From assembly GCA_024679065.1 (NCBI GenBank), contig JAGIQG010000002.1, positions 55,676,001 to 55,740,000 on the forward strand: DNA of 64,000 bases, written 5' to 3'. Position 1 is the stretch's first letter. Each line of letters opens with the position of its first letter. The notes beneath the pieces are model-generated. The model worked only from the letters and a program-made list of their open reading frames with translations, had not been told where the DNA came from and searched no databases. The stretch is from Sphyrna mokarran. Its lineage: Eukaryota. The translations under genes and the position numbers were made by a program. Of this stretch, positions 26,054-39,944 are shown in pieces.

Positions 26054-28856
26054 GTGAGTAATCTTAAATATCACTCGGAACCAAAGTGAAATTTGGAGAG
26101 GGACTTGTGAAATCTCACAGTGGCACCACTGGGTGCCATTTCCACTTCCTACAGTGTTCTTTTTAAATGGGTGAATTCACAATATAGCATGTTTTGTTTT
26201 ACAAAATCCAAAAAGATGGCCTGTCCAAATAAGTCATATAAAGATTGAAAGATCAACGCTATCTCTCTCTCTGCAAATGCAGTCAGACCCGCTGAGTTTG
26301 CCAGCATTTTTTGTTTTTTTTTATTTTGCATCTCCAACATCCGCAGTATTTTGCTTTTATGTTAGGATATCTCTTTCCATGTCAATGTTGATGTTTTTTT
26401 GAAACGTTCTATGACTTTAAGGAGCTGCAGTTCACAAGATCTGAATAGCTAATTTTTGTTCACTGTATAGTTCATTGTAGGATTATTCAATGGTTCTTTT
26501 ATGTGTTTCTATGATAGAAGATGGTACAACACAGAAGAAGGCCTCTCAGCCTATTGTGCCTGTGCTAGTTCTTTGGTAGGACTATTCAATTAATCCCACT
26601 GCCTGCTTTTGCTCTATAGCCCTATAAATTTTCACATCAATAGTAAATGCAAGTTACTATTAAATCTGCTTCCATTACATTTTCAGGTAGCACATTCTAC
26701 ATCACAGCAAGTTATTGTGTGCAAAAAGTAAATAAATAAATCCTCTGATTCTTTAACCATTCATCTTATATCTGTGTTCTCCAGTCACTGTCCACTGAGT
26801 TACTGGAAAAACAGTTTCTCATTTTCTTTTACTCTTATCACAATATTGAGCAACTCTGTCAAATCTCCTATTAATTTTCTCTGCTTGAAGAGAAACATCC
26901 CCAGCTTCTTCTTATCTCTCCAGATAATCCGCATCACTCATCTTTGGAACCATTCTTGTAATTCTCAACTGCATCCGCTCAAGACTTGGCATCCTTCCTA
27001 AAAAAGTCTGGGGCCTGCAATTAGCTATAATCTTCCAGTGGAGATCTCAGCAGTGCTTTTCAAAATAGTTCAACACAACTTCTTCAATATTGTATGCTTC
27101 TCTTTTGTTAATAAAACCAAGGTTCCCATGTATTTTTTAAACCTTAAAAGATTTGTACATACAGATGATTTGTGTGCATATCATATTGTTTCTGCATTCC
27201 CTCATAATTGTACCATTGACTTTGCATTGCCTCTCCTTTTTCTGCTTCTAAAAATGAATCATTTCACACTTCTCTGCATTAAATTTCTGCAGCCACTTGT
27301 CTGCCCATTTCCCCCATCTATGTCCTTCTGAAGTCTGTCAGTGCTGCTGGATGACCAGTATCAAAACTATGCTTTCCAGGCCATAAGTAAATCTGATTTG
27401 CAGTTTGGCTCTCAGCGAGTAAAAAGTTTGAATGTTAGTCAAAGCCAAGATTCAAATCCTCAAAATCATCCTGTTTACATTTAATGACAACTACCAAATT
27501 GCCTGCACATTGAAGTTGACTTAGTCTTCCACAGTTAGCAATGTAATTGAAATTTAAGAAACCCATTATTAACACAAATATTGTTTGCTTTTGAGTTAGC
27601 AGTACTACTTTGAGTAATCTTCCATATGTTTAACTCATTATTTATATACTTAATTGTTACTGGAATAAAGGACCAATATAGTTAAACTGAATCGATTCTA
27701 CTTTTAATATACCAGAATTATAATGTTGGGGTTTCCTAACTGGCACTAATTGATGATTTCTGTGTTTCTTGCTACTCCTAAATTTTTCTTCATTCCAGTA
27801 ATTGCTGCAACCACACCACCAGCTGGTCTATTCTCAACATTGATGCCCTGAGACACATCTTCCATATATGGGGTATACATAATCTGGTTTCATTTTGAGG
27901 AAATTTTGTCAATGTAATTCAAACTTGTCCCAGGAATCTGTTTCCCAACCTAAACCCACCTGCAAACTTTCCATTTCCAGCGTTAGCTGAGGCTGGATGT
28001 TAGGCAGGTAACCAATCCTCTTCAGGGGAAGGCAACAAATCCAAACCTGAGTCCAACACCCAGCCCTATCTCCATAATGCTACACATTGTGCATAGCTAA
28101 TCCACTTCTTGGGACACTAAGAAACAATTTTGCACGGCCAATTCATCTAAGCTGCACATTTTTGGACTGAGAGGGGAAACCAGAGTACGTGGAGGAGACC
28201 CATGCAGACACAAAGGAGAATGTGCAGACTCCACACAGACAGTGGCCCATAGCTGAAATTGAGCCTGGGTCTCTGGTGCTTTGAGGCAGCAGTGCTAACC
28301 ATACGCTATGATGCTGCCTTTTTAATTGATGTAGGAAGGCAATGTATCACAAAGAATAGCTGAAGCGTATAGACAAGTCATGTGATGAAATCTATATGAA
28401 TACATTTCATCACAGTTGCCAATCCTACCCATGCCATACCCACCACCAGGAATCAATATTTTCTCAGGAGATGATCAGGGATCATTGGTACCCTCTGTCA
28501 TCTTTTTGTTTGTCCACCATTCCTCCAATCAACCTGCATTACCGAGACACATGTATGCTGCCGTGGGTGCCAGTAAGCTACCTACCCGACTGAATGTCCA
28601 GCTGTCATTCAGACTGTATCTACTTAAAGCATCATAACGTGTAGGGACGTACCAACTATAGGATGCTCCTCCTTTGCGATCAACCTGCTTCTCGCCGGCC
28701 AGAGCAGTAAAAATTCTTCCTAATGCTTCTCTACCGTTGTTGTAGGTTTCTCACGAATATTGAAAGATGTTCATCAGTGCATGCAGTGTACCCTGGTTAT
28801 TTATAAAGTTCAATAAATTTGCCTCTAAACATGTACTTATTTGTACTTTTTTTCAG

Positions 28857-28905
28857 CTCCTGAAATTTTAAATTATGAGCCAATCAGCACAGCAACAGAT
28901 ATGTG
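28857..28905 (+). CDS. STK17A: STK17A coding exon (APE motif)
   Basis: tttttcag| ... |gtaagt; 49 nt, (A)PEILNYEPISTATDM(W). Confidence 0.96.
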
Positions 28906-28995
28906 GTAAGTTAATCTTGGTGTGAACTTTTTGAAATTAGTGTGGCAATTGAATTGGCTGGAACTGCTTCTAAGATTGGACTTTCTTCTGTTTAG

Positions 28996-29175
28996 GAGTA
29001 TAGGTGTTCTGGCCTATGTCATGTTGACAGGCGTATCTCCTTTCCTGGGAGATGACAAGCAAGAAACTTTCCTCAACATTTCTCAGATAAATCTCAGCTT
29101 CACAGAAGAAGATTTTGACAACATCTCCAAAGAGGCCATAGACTTCATTAAGTCACTTCTTGTTAAGGAGCCTGA
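28996..29175 (+). CDS. STK17A: STK17A coding exon (kinase C-lobe), after a 90-nt intron
   Basis: tgtttag| ... |gtaagt; 180 nt, [59 protein letters not shown]. Confidence 0.97.
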
Positions 29176-31601
29176 GTAAGTTTCAGATTTCATCTCGTTT
29201 ACCTCATTGAAAAAGATTGAGGCTATTCTTATCCTTGGCAAATTTTGATGCTTATTTTATATCTTCAAGTAATAATGAGAATTGATATCGTTGTTACCTG
29301 GTGAAACAGTGTTGATTGAAAAACTGAGTCAGCAAGTTAAGAAAGTTTCAAACATCTTGATTTTGGACATGGATAGATAAAGTAACACTGACTAAATCGT
29401 TGTTTTGCTCGGGGTGTATATTTTAACAAATTGGAGGATATTCTCTGCTGCAAACATCTCATATCAGTACTTTTTCCTTTGCCATGTTTTCTGTCAGTTT
29501 TTGCTTTTTATCATTTGAGACTTAGGCATTATAGTGGTTTCAGTCATTCTGAGTGCCACAGTTATTTTCCAATCTTATTGTGCCTCTACAATGGAGTGGA
29601 TGACTAGTTTGTTACCTTCATTATTACTAAATAACAACAATTGTTAAGACCTAGGCCAGGAAGGTGTTTTATAAAGTCAGCCTGGACCCTAAGTTTTACA
29701 TTTGATTTTAACATGGGTGAGTATAAGGTGTTTCATTCCAACTATGATTCCAGTGACCCATTAGAAAGCTTTTATCAAACAAAGTTTATTTAAAAACATT
29801 GTTAAAATGTAACAAAAGAATTAGCGTAAACTTTTACCAATTATAAGAATTAAATATGACATAGTATAACTCCTTATAGCTAGCTATCTCTTCTGTTCCA
29901 AATCATATGCCATCCCCCAGGCAAACATTCTTCTTTAGACAGGAGCAAGTATGCTCAAGTGATGCTGGAAGTGGCTTTTTAATACCTGCTGTGAATTGCT
30001 CCTTTGAATGTTGGATCAATTCTCTGAGGATTCCCAGTCTTGGGATTTTCAAAAAACCTTTGGAGAGAGCAAGAGAAACACTGCCTTCTTCCACCAGCTT
30101 CTGGCAGCAACTCGGAAACAAAACTAAAACTTGGAATGTTCTGTTTTTAAAAAAAAGGCCAATGATCACCATGAAATTGTTATTGATTATCATAAAAACC
30201 AGTCTGGTTAACTAATCTTCTTCTTTAGTAGAAGGAAATCTACTCTCCTTACCTGATTTCCAAATGATCATGTGACAGCAATGTGGTTGACTCTTAAATG
30301 CCCTCTGTTCAAAGCCACTCAGTTCAAAAGCATTTAGAGATGGGTAATAAATGTTGGTCCAGCTAGCAACAGCCACATCAAATGAATATTTTTTTTAAAA
30401 AGGCATGTCTATATGTTCCACTCCAAGTCAACACTATCCTGATCAGAACTATATTTCTGTTCCTTCGCTGTCACTCCTGGGGTATGATGCAGAATGACGT
30501 TAGGGTTCAATCTCTGTACAGCTGTGGTAGGTAGTCTGTCTTCTTTCAAGGCTCCGTTCTTGACGTTGAGCAATGCTGCTCAAGCTATATCTAAAACCAG
30601 TCCTGTTTCCCTAGGAGAGAGAAATGCCTGTGGTCCCTCGTGGACAATGACAAATTATCTCTGTGTCACTGGGTTAAAAGCCTGGAATTTCCTTTCTAAT
30701 ATCTGTGTAAATGTTCCTACACCACATGGATTACAATAGTTTAAGAAGATGACTCACCTTCTCAAAGGCAACTAAGGAATGGCAACAAATATTGGCCTTG
30801 AATATTATTTTTAAACATGCATTCCTGGTTAAATCTTCAGATTAAATCTTTGCTTGACCTTATCTGCTCCAGTGGAAATAATCCAAATCTCTTGCTCCTG
30901 TCCTCGTTACTGATGTCCCATGCTTAACCTCATTCTGATTGAATTTATGCTTTATTATCGCAAAAGCTTCAATATTTCTTCTGTAAAGAAAGTGCCCTAT
31001 ATTTGTACACTTGTCTACCTGCAATTGAACTAATCTCTATTGCAAAATAATTACTTTAATTTTGTAATTGTTTGAAAGAATCTTGTTTGTGAAACATAAA
31101 ATGCTATCTAGCTGCTCTCGCACTTTGAATATTACGTATTTGAACTGATTTCATCCCTCTATACATCTACACTATTCTACTGAGTACATTCTCTCATTCC
31201 ATATTTATCCTCCCAAAATATATTACTCCATATATCCATATTTAAGTGTATCTGTTAACTTGAGCCTGTCTTCCCAATCCTCGAACCTTGCTTTTTCTAA
31301 AGTGTTCCTCATTGTTTGCCAAACCGCCTCCTTTTGTGATCTAGCAGATTTCAGGATTGTGTTCCCTTTACTCAAATCCAAGTAATCTCAACTTTTACAA
31401 CACCCATTTCTAGTTGAAGCAACAACCACAACATGAGCCCAACTTTGTGTTCATCCGTTGATCTTGTATTGTGCTGTTACATTTTCTCATACCACCAGCC
31501 TCGATTTACCCACCCCAGTGCCTGCAGCATGGTTCGATTCGAAATGAAGTTTGACTTTTCTACCATTGTTTAGCATGTTTTCTGCCTTTTCTTTCTGACA
31601 G

Positions 31602-31899
31602 AGAACGAGCTTTAGCTGAGGAATGTCTCAGGCACCCATGGTTGGCACATGAGTGTGACGAAACTGAATTCGTCACTGAAACTTCCGCCAACATCCTCGA
31701 AACAACAGTTTCAGAAGAATCGGAAAAGCAAAGCCAAGAAACAGAGGAGCTCATTGTCATGGCATCATACACATTGGGACAATGTAGACAGTCTGAGAAA
31801 GAAAACCTAAAAACTGACCAAAAAGCCATTTCCAAACGTTTCAAATTTGAAGAGCCCTTTAACACCTTACAGGAAATTTCAGGAGAGTTTATCTATTGA
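31602..31899 (+). CDS. STK17A: STK17A last coding exon
   Basis: ctgacag| then [14 protein letters not shown]...[20 protein letters not shown]...[12 protein letters not shown]...EISGEFIY-stop; this tail is characteristic of STK17A rather than STK17B. Confidence 0.97.
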
Positions 31900-33840
31900 A
31901 TTGTGGGATGGAAACACTCTACATTTTTGGGGGCTTTTAAAAAAGGTAATGAACTCTGACAAAACTGTTGTTTTGTGAGCCTCTATTTTTTCAACAGATA
32001 TTCAAATAGAAACAGTTTGTCAAAATGCCAAGAAATGTTGTGCTTCTGGATTCATTGTGTGAACAATGCTCAAGAGTAAAACCAAGCAGAGAGCCATTAG
32101 GGTTGGTAATAATTGAAGTGCTTTCCTTCAGTATCACAGTTCCGAGCTGATTTTTGCTTCACAAAAGGTGACTAGCTGGCTGAGTGTTACTGGGGAATAT
32201 AAGTTTTACTTGCACAATGGGTGGGGGGGAAGCACTTTAGTTCTAGATTGATCCTGTAAACCATGGTATTATCAGCAATAAAATTGAAATGTGCAGTATT
32301 TGTGAACAATGCACTTTGACATTTCAGTTTAAATTCTGAAAAAAATGCTGTCCCTTAAATTACAGCAAGCTACATTCACAAATAGTGCACATTTAAGTCT
32401 ACTATTGTTATCTGGAATTTATTTGCAACATTCCTCCTTTTCTTTTTAAGCATATACGAATTATACAAGTCAAAAGTTGGTTTCCTTGAGCGCTTGTTAT
32501 ACTTGATTTATTTCACTTTTTGAATAATTATATTGTGTTTGAAAATGTTTCTTTTGTGTTCATGTGAGTATTTTTGTGATTGGAAACAACTGCTTAAGAT
32601 TCACAGAATAAGGTTACCCTGTTCAGTAAAATTGCTGCACAATGCACAATAATAGATATTACTCTATTGGTGCCTTACAGATTAGAAATTTATATAGTAT
32701 TCATTATGCAAAGGACTGCAAAATTAATTTAGTTAAATGTACAGTTTTTTTTAAATATTGGTAATCTGGTTAACTTTTTGTAACAGTAAACGAATTGTTA
32801 GCTTTTTGACTAGTTATAAAATTAATATCAAATGACATCTTTGTAAATCCATTTATAAAACTTTTTTTTTAATTGAATGCTGGGCAACTGGACACATTGC
32901 AGTATGCACTTAGCACAATAGAGCACTGTATGTTGCAATATGCAGCAGAGTCACTTTTCTCAAGGGATTAGAATGAAAGTTTTATAATTGAAGAACAGAA
33001 TCAAGTTGGACAAGTTATGTTCATACCAGGTTGTTACATTCAGTATTTGTGCCGATTTGTAATTCTACAGCACAGAAGTGTAATTTTTTTTTTGCAAGAC
33101 AAAATCTCAATTTTTTTAAAAATAACTCAGGGATCCCTGAATATTGCCATATATATTTTAATTATAGTTGTTTTTACAAAGTAAAGTTTTTTTTTTTAAA
33201 TAATCTTAGTTTTGTTTCTTCAATTTACCCTGGACAGTTTTCTTTGATTTTTTTTTTAACCCCTCCTCAATATGTTACTGCATAATGTTAATCATTTGAA
33301 AGGAAACCACTCCATCCAATTAACACAAATATTACTAGCCTTTTAAGATTTTTTTGGGGGGTTGGGGGAGGTCTAAAGAGAGACAATGTTTAATATTGTT
33401 TCTAGACTTCGAAGCCAATTGTTCGGAGTACATTGTTTCTTCACCCAATATGCAGGATTCACCTGAAAATGGTGCTAAATGGAATACAATCTCAACTGAA
33501 AGAACAGTTCTATAACTAATAGAGATAATATTTCTCTTGTTTCTGTATTTAAAAAGTTAGCCAGTGTTCTTGATGTAAATTTCCCTCTGGTGAGTTTAGA
33601 TAGTAATGTTTTCATAATTATCTGGTAAAATTGACCTTTCTCTAAATGATCTTGAGCTGAACCTTTTGATGGTGTTGCCTTTGTCTTCAGTATACTGTAA
33701 AGTTAACAACTGCTAGTCACTGCTTTTACCTGCATACTGTGTATATCTTATTCCACTAGGGGAGGGAGAAGGCAGTTTTTGTATCTTTATCGTAAAGATG
33801 TACATACTCCTTTAATAAACATATCTGGTTGCTTGCTTAT
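31900..33840 (+). other. Probable STK17A 3' UTR
   Basis: AU-rich, no recognisable repeats, ends near AATAAA at 33814-33819 followed by U/GU-rich sequence. Confidence 0.65.
33814..33819 (+). terminator. Candidate polyadenylation signal of STK17A
   Basis: AATAAA with upstream TGTA motifs and a downstream GT/T-rich tract; alternative AATAAA near 32277 and 34067. Confidence 0.55.
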
Positions 33841-36800
33841 TGATTTTGTACTTAATTGGATCAATCTTCAACTTTGAAGAATTGGGAGTATCACACAAAT
33901 TGCATTGAATATTCCAACAAACCAAAATGTATGACTTTTACCTTAGTACCGTGGATAATTAGGCTCGAAATATTGGATGCTGATGCTTTTATAGGTTATA
34001 ATCAATGGTGTTTAATAACTAGAGTTGATATGTAAGTTGTTTTAAAAAAAAAATTTGTCTACACCTAATAAAGTCCAACTAATGTTTCCTCCTTTTGTCC
34101 AACATCTAAAGAGGTGAGTATTATCCTATGGAGAAAACACTGGAGCACTGATCGTTCTCAAACATCTATGCTTGCTTAAGGATTTTTCTTGATTTTGACA
34201 TCAAAAAGCTGTGTTGAAACCTGTATTCCACTTGCTTTGCTCCAATTCAAGTCAATGAAGTGAAAATTACGTGTGGTTATAACAGGTGGCTAAACTGATC
34301 TTGGCCATTTTACACTTGCCCCAAGTCAAAATGAGCCTTTTTTTTTTTCCCTGGCTCACCATGACCTCCCAACCAGGGCTTCTACCCTGGATCCTATGTT
34401 AACTAAGCTTGTTAGACTCTGGCATATTGACACCAGATTCATTTCAAATGTGACCAGTCTCCACTGCCAACCACAATCTACAATTTTTAGCCTTGTAAGC
34501 TTTAACTCCTGCTCAGAAAGTTAATTAGTTTCAGGTTGATACTTGTTCTCAGAAGTGATGCAAAGATTCACCTGTAGATTCAGAAAGAATGTTCCTGATG
34601 GTGGGGAGTCCAGAACTAGGGGTCATAATTCGAGAAGAAGGGATAAAATATTTAGGACTGAGGTGAGGAGAATTTCTTCACCTTGGTGAATATGTGGAAT
34701 TCACTACCACAGAAAATACCTGAGGCCAAAATGTTGTGAGATTTCAAAAGGAATGAGATATAGTTCTTAGGGTTAAAGGGATCAAGGAAAATGGTAGGAG
34801 AGGAGACAGGATCAGGATATTTATCAGTCATGGTCATAATGAATAGCAGAACAGGCTTGAAGGGCTGAATGGCCTACTCCTGCTTTTGTTTTCTATATAT
34901 GTTTCTATGTATTACCATCAATCAGGGTTCACAGAACCTCCAGTTCCAGCAGCGATTTTGTGAAACTAAGCAACTTCAGATTCTTCCCAGATATCAATAC
35001 TTGGGACATATACTTCCAACACCACAAGTGGCTGCAAATACTACTGCACTCAACATTTTTAAATTCTGATCAGATTGCCCACTTGACTATAGCAGGGACT
35101 TCAGTTGAAGGGCTAGCTTAACAGCATTACTTTGGCAGAATTTACTACCTCCTGGAACACACACCCGCCCTCCTCCTAGCCAGAAGCGAGTTTGGAGGTA
35201 TGGCATTCCCATATAATCAGATAGATGAAAGCCTGAATAAGTCGGGGGTAGTGGAAAATTGAGACCAACCTTTCTGCTCCTAGGCCAATTCAGGGCCGTA
35301 CAACTGAGGACCTCATCTGGCTGCTGTTGCTGCTTTTCTATTAGCAGCAGGATTAGCTTCACACACTGTGTTGAAGGCTGGCAGGTATACCCTAGCAGCC
35401 TTCCTTAGAGTTTATCATCAGTGGACAACCTGTGCCCTGTAGAAGGTACAACCTAGCAAGGGCCAACCCTGCTGAAATGCTGTCACCTCCCTCACTGTGA
35501 TTGCCTGACTACCCCTACTAAGCCCACTCCATTACCTCTCTGTGAGGCCTCCATCTCAGACTGTTAGCCCAGAGCATTGTGAGTCCCTGTTGTGGCCACT
35601 GCTGCTGGTGGTGCGACTGGGACTGAACAGCTGCCTGTTTGACAAATTCCAACGGAGCTTTGGAAATGGCCAAGGCAGGATTGACATCAGCCTTTTGGAC
35701 AATAGCCAGGAGCACTCCTGTAGTTATTAAATTCAGGCCCTTGCTTCACAACTGTATCTGTGTTACTATATGCCAGGCAATCTCTAGCACTTCATATCAA
35801 CTTGTGTCTCATCTTTCAAGACAGGGCTTCCCTAATAATCAGCCCAATTGTAACATCTATATGCATAAAGGTTTACTGACCAAGCAACACCTTCTAACCC
35901 TGTAACTAAGGCATTGTCAACACCAACGTCACTGGGCTATTTAACAAATGTTCATTGCATGATATTGACTCTGTAACAATGTCTGATCAAATGGAAGGAG
36001 AGAGAGTTGCATTTAGAAATTGCCTTTTACAACCATAGGATGTCCCAAAACACCTGAGCCCCTGAAGTACTTTTGTATAGTCACTGTTATAATATAAGAA
36101 ATATGGCAGGCAGTTTGTACACAGCAACTGCAATATTGTCCCAAATGGCAATATGATAATGAGCAGATAATTATGTTTCTCAAGCAACATCATTAAACAT
36201 CCAGGACATTGCAATAACATTTCCCCCCAACTTCCTCTATGAAATAGCAATCATTTACGTTCTGGCAGAGCCAACAAGGTTTAACATCACATCAAAAAGA
36301 TGGTATCTCCAACAAAGCAGTACTCTTAGAACCTCAGTGAAATGCCAGGCTAAATTTCCCAGTCCTTTAATGACGGCCTGAGAAACAGCAGGACTTTTAT
36401 TTGGCGGGGAAGATATTGAGGCCAAGCTGCATCTTCCTACCATCGTGGCATATTACCAGTGAAAAGAGCCTTAGTGGTGTGGCTGAATCAATTGAGTGAG
36501 TTACCTTAAGCGTTAGCAAATACCTGGGATGGGAGGGGGATCCTTAATGGCCACAGTCTATCCTATAGAGAGATTCCCCACTTCAGCAGAAATTGTATGC
36601 TCTGTGATAAGGCACTACCACTGGAATTGCCAGAGCATGTTTGCTGGACACTTCAACAAAATCTACCTCATTTGAGGGCACGTCGCCATGAAATTACTCT
36701 CCTTTCTCTGGAAGCATCAGCAGTGCATCAAGGAGTAGAATTAGGCCATTTGACCCATGAATCAGCTCTACCATTCAATCATGGCTGATGTTATCCTCAT

Positions 36801-38399
36801 CCACATTTTTCTGCCTTCGTCCCATAACCTTTCAACCCATTACCAATTAATGTCTTAACTTTACTCACTGTCACCACACTATAGAGTAGTGAATTCCACA
36901 GAGTCACAACCCCTTGGGAGAAGAAGTTTCTCCTCAACTCTCTTTTAAATTTGTTACCCCTTATGATAAGACTATGCCCTCTCATCCTAGAAAGCCCCGC
37001 AAGAGGAAGCATTCGCTCCGTGTCTATTTTATCCTTACTTTTTAATCATCTTGTATTCTTAATAGTTAACCTTCTTTGAACTGCTTCCAATGCCAACATT
37101 CCACTTGCTTTATTATCTGTATGCTAGTTTTCTGTGACTTATGAATGTGGACACCCAAGTCCCTCTGCACTGGAGCACCCTGAAATCTCTCTCCATACAA
37201 ATAATAAATCATTTTCCCATTTTTTTCAACTGCTGCTGGAAAAATGCCACCACAGGGTCCTGTCACTTTCCAGTGCAAGATAGTCTCCTGCTTTGGGACC
37301 CAGTGATGGGATTGACTGCTGTGGAAACATTCAGCTCATCAGTTTTTTATTACAATACCATTATAGGAGAATGAGCATGAGCCAGGTTACAGTATTTCTA
37401 GGAGAATAGCATTACTGTCTCCCAGCAACTAGAGATGATGGACAAACATGTTACTGACATCATGATAATTATTTTCTTCAAATAAGAGAGATTAGTTAAT
37501 CAGCTGAAGTGCACCAACAAACATTATCAGAGTATAACTAATTTTGGTTGAAACAGCTATTACTTGAATGCTGCTCAAGTTGACAGACTGACACATCTCT
37601 TCTACAAGAAGAATCATTGTGTTGCTATATGGGGCAACTTAATAACCTTTCACTAAGCATTAGTGTCTTAATTTGGCAGTGCAGACATGCTTTGGGTCAA
37701 GCTGTACTTTGAGCTGATCTGCACAAATGAGTATTCAGAGTTCTATTGCCAGACCCTACAGCGCATTTGTATCTGGAATTGAATAAATATTACATTATCT
37801 ATGTAGACAAGGTTGATTTTATTATACAGTTTAGTCACTTCCCAAACTTCAAGCTCCATTCAAGTCTGATGCTGCCTGAAATTCTATTCAATTTGAATTT
37901 ATTATTTAAAACTCAGATGTTTTTGCCATCTTTCCAGTTAGGAGTTGATGATCTAGTGTATATGATGATAGAAATAGCACTCAATGCAACCACAGCATCA
38001 ATCTTAAAAATACATGCTCCTGGATTTACAACCTGCAAGAAGGAAACTGTTTCCCTTTGCTTGTAATTCTACAGGCAAATCTGCAAATGCATATTTTTAA
38101 ACAAAGAATTCACTTAATATGAAGACACTGTGAAATATTGACTTAATTATACATATTCTGTGAAAATAAGAGTCTTTCAATTCAACCTATTGTTGGCATT
38201 AGTGATTAACATCAACTGTTCATAAGAATTATCATTTATTCCTAGAAACATGTCAGTACATGGTTTGAGGGCACATGAAAAGATCTATCCCTACATGAAA
38301 CTGACTAGATAACATGCGCTGGGATTTTCCAGCCCTGTTACAGTGGGTCCTGCCTGCTGGAGATAGTGAAAATCAGTGGATTTTTGGCTAAGGCAAACC

Positions 38400-39940
38400 A
38401 AGTTTTGATAAAGTCATCTAGAATTGAAATAAAAACAGAAACAATGCAGAAATCTCAGCAAGCCATTTACGTGGAAAGAGAAACAGTATTAATGCTTCAC
38501 ATCTGTAGTAAAGAGTCTATGATTTTATGAAGTGGCTGTTTAAACAGCACAGGGAGAAGTTTGAGGTCTAACAGGTTTTGAGTAAAGGGTGGGTGAGGCA
38601 AGGACAAAGGAAGGCCTGTGATAGGGTAATAGACTGGAGAGATTGAATGACAGCCTTTCAGGGCCAAAGGGAATGGGGATGGCAACAGGGAAAATAAATA
38701 AACAAACAAAAAACGTGCCTAGAGCAGGTGTGCTGCTGGCTTAAAGGAAAAGAAAGTGAAACAAGCAAAGAAACGGAAACAAGATAGCGACAGAGTTTAC
38801 AGGCTAAAATTGTTGAACTCATTGTGGAGGTAAAGTGCCTTGTGGAAAAAGATCAGGTGCTGTTCCTCAAGTTTATGTTGAGCCTCAAAAGAACTGAAGG
38901 CACTGCTGCTAAGTTTGTAGATGATACAAAGATTATGTAGAGGAACAGGTAGTACTGAGGATGCAGAGGGGCTGCAGAAAGACTTGGACATGTTAAGAGA
39001 GTGGGAAAAGAAGTGGCAGATGGAATACAATGTGGAAAAGTGTGAAGTTAATCACTTTGGAAGGAGGAAAGGAGACATAGACTATTTGCTAAATGGGGAA
39101 ATGCTTAGGAAATCAGAAGCACAAAGGGACTTGGGAGTCCTTGTTCAAGATTCTCTTAAGGTTAATGTGCAGATTCAGTCGGCAATAAGGAAGGCAATTG
39201 CAATGTTAGCATTCATATTAAGAGAGCTAGAATACAAGTGCAGGGATGTACTTCTGAGGCTGAATAAAGCTCCGGTCAGACCCCATTTGGAATACTGTGA
39301 GCAGTTTTGAGCCCTGTATCTTAGGAAGGATGTTCTGGCCTTGGAAAGAGTCCAGAGGAGGTTCACAAGAATGATCCCTGGAATAAAGAGCTTACCATAT
39401 GAGGAACAGTTGAGGACTCTGGGTCTGTACTCGTTGGAGTTTAAAAGGATGAGGAGGGAATCTTATTGATACTTACAGAATGTTGTGAGACCTGATAGAG
39501 TAGACATGGAGAGCATGTTTCCACTAGTAGAAAAAACTAGAACCAGAGGCACAACCAGGCTAAAGGGACAATCCTTTAAAACAGAGATAAGGATGAATCT
39601 CTTCAGCCAGCAAGTGGTCTATCTTTGCCACACAAGGCAATGGAATTTAGGTCATTGAGTGTATTTAAGACAGAGATAGATGGGTTTTTTGATTCATAAG
39701 GGGATCAGGGGATATGGGGAAAAGGTAGAAGAATGGGAATGAGAAAAATATCAGCCATGATTGAATGATGGAGCAGATTCAATGGGCTGAATGACCTAAT
39801 TCTGCTCCAAGGTCTTATGGTGGTAACTAAATAGGAAGCTAAGGTCAACAATCTCAATGTGAGAGCAAAGTTGAGAATTAAAATGACGGGTCACCAGAAG
39901 TTTGGGTTCATGATTGCAGACTGACTGGAAGTGTTCTATA
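38400..39940 (-). mobile_element. Penelope-like element relic (GIY-YIG C-terminus + 3' region), split by a CR1 insertion
   Basis: Minus-strand EHFQSVCNHEPKLLVTRHFNS (~39870-39937) and EAQHKLEEQHLIF...NEFNNF (~38800-38890), followed by a family B terminus. Confidence 0.7.
38890..39822 (+). mobile_element. CR1 LINE 3' fragment
   Basis: ORF 38921-39310 [24 protein letters not shown]; CR1 tail. Confidence 0.9.
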
Positions 39941-39944
39941 AAAT

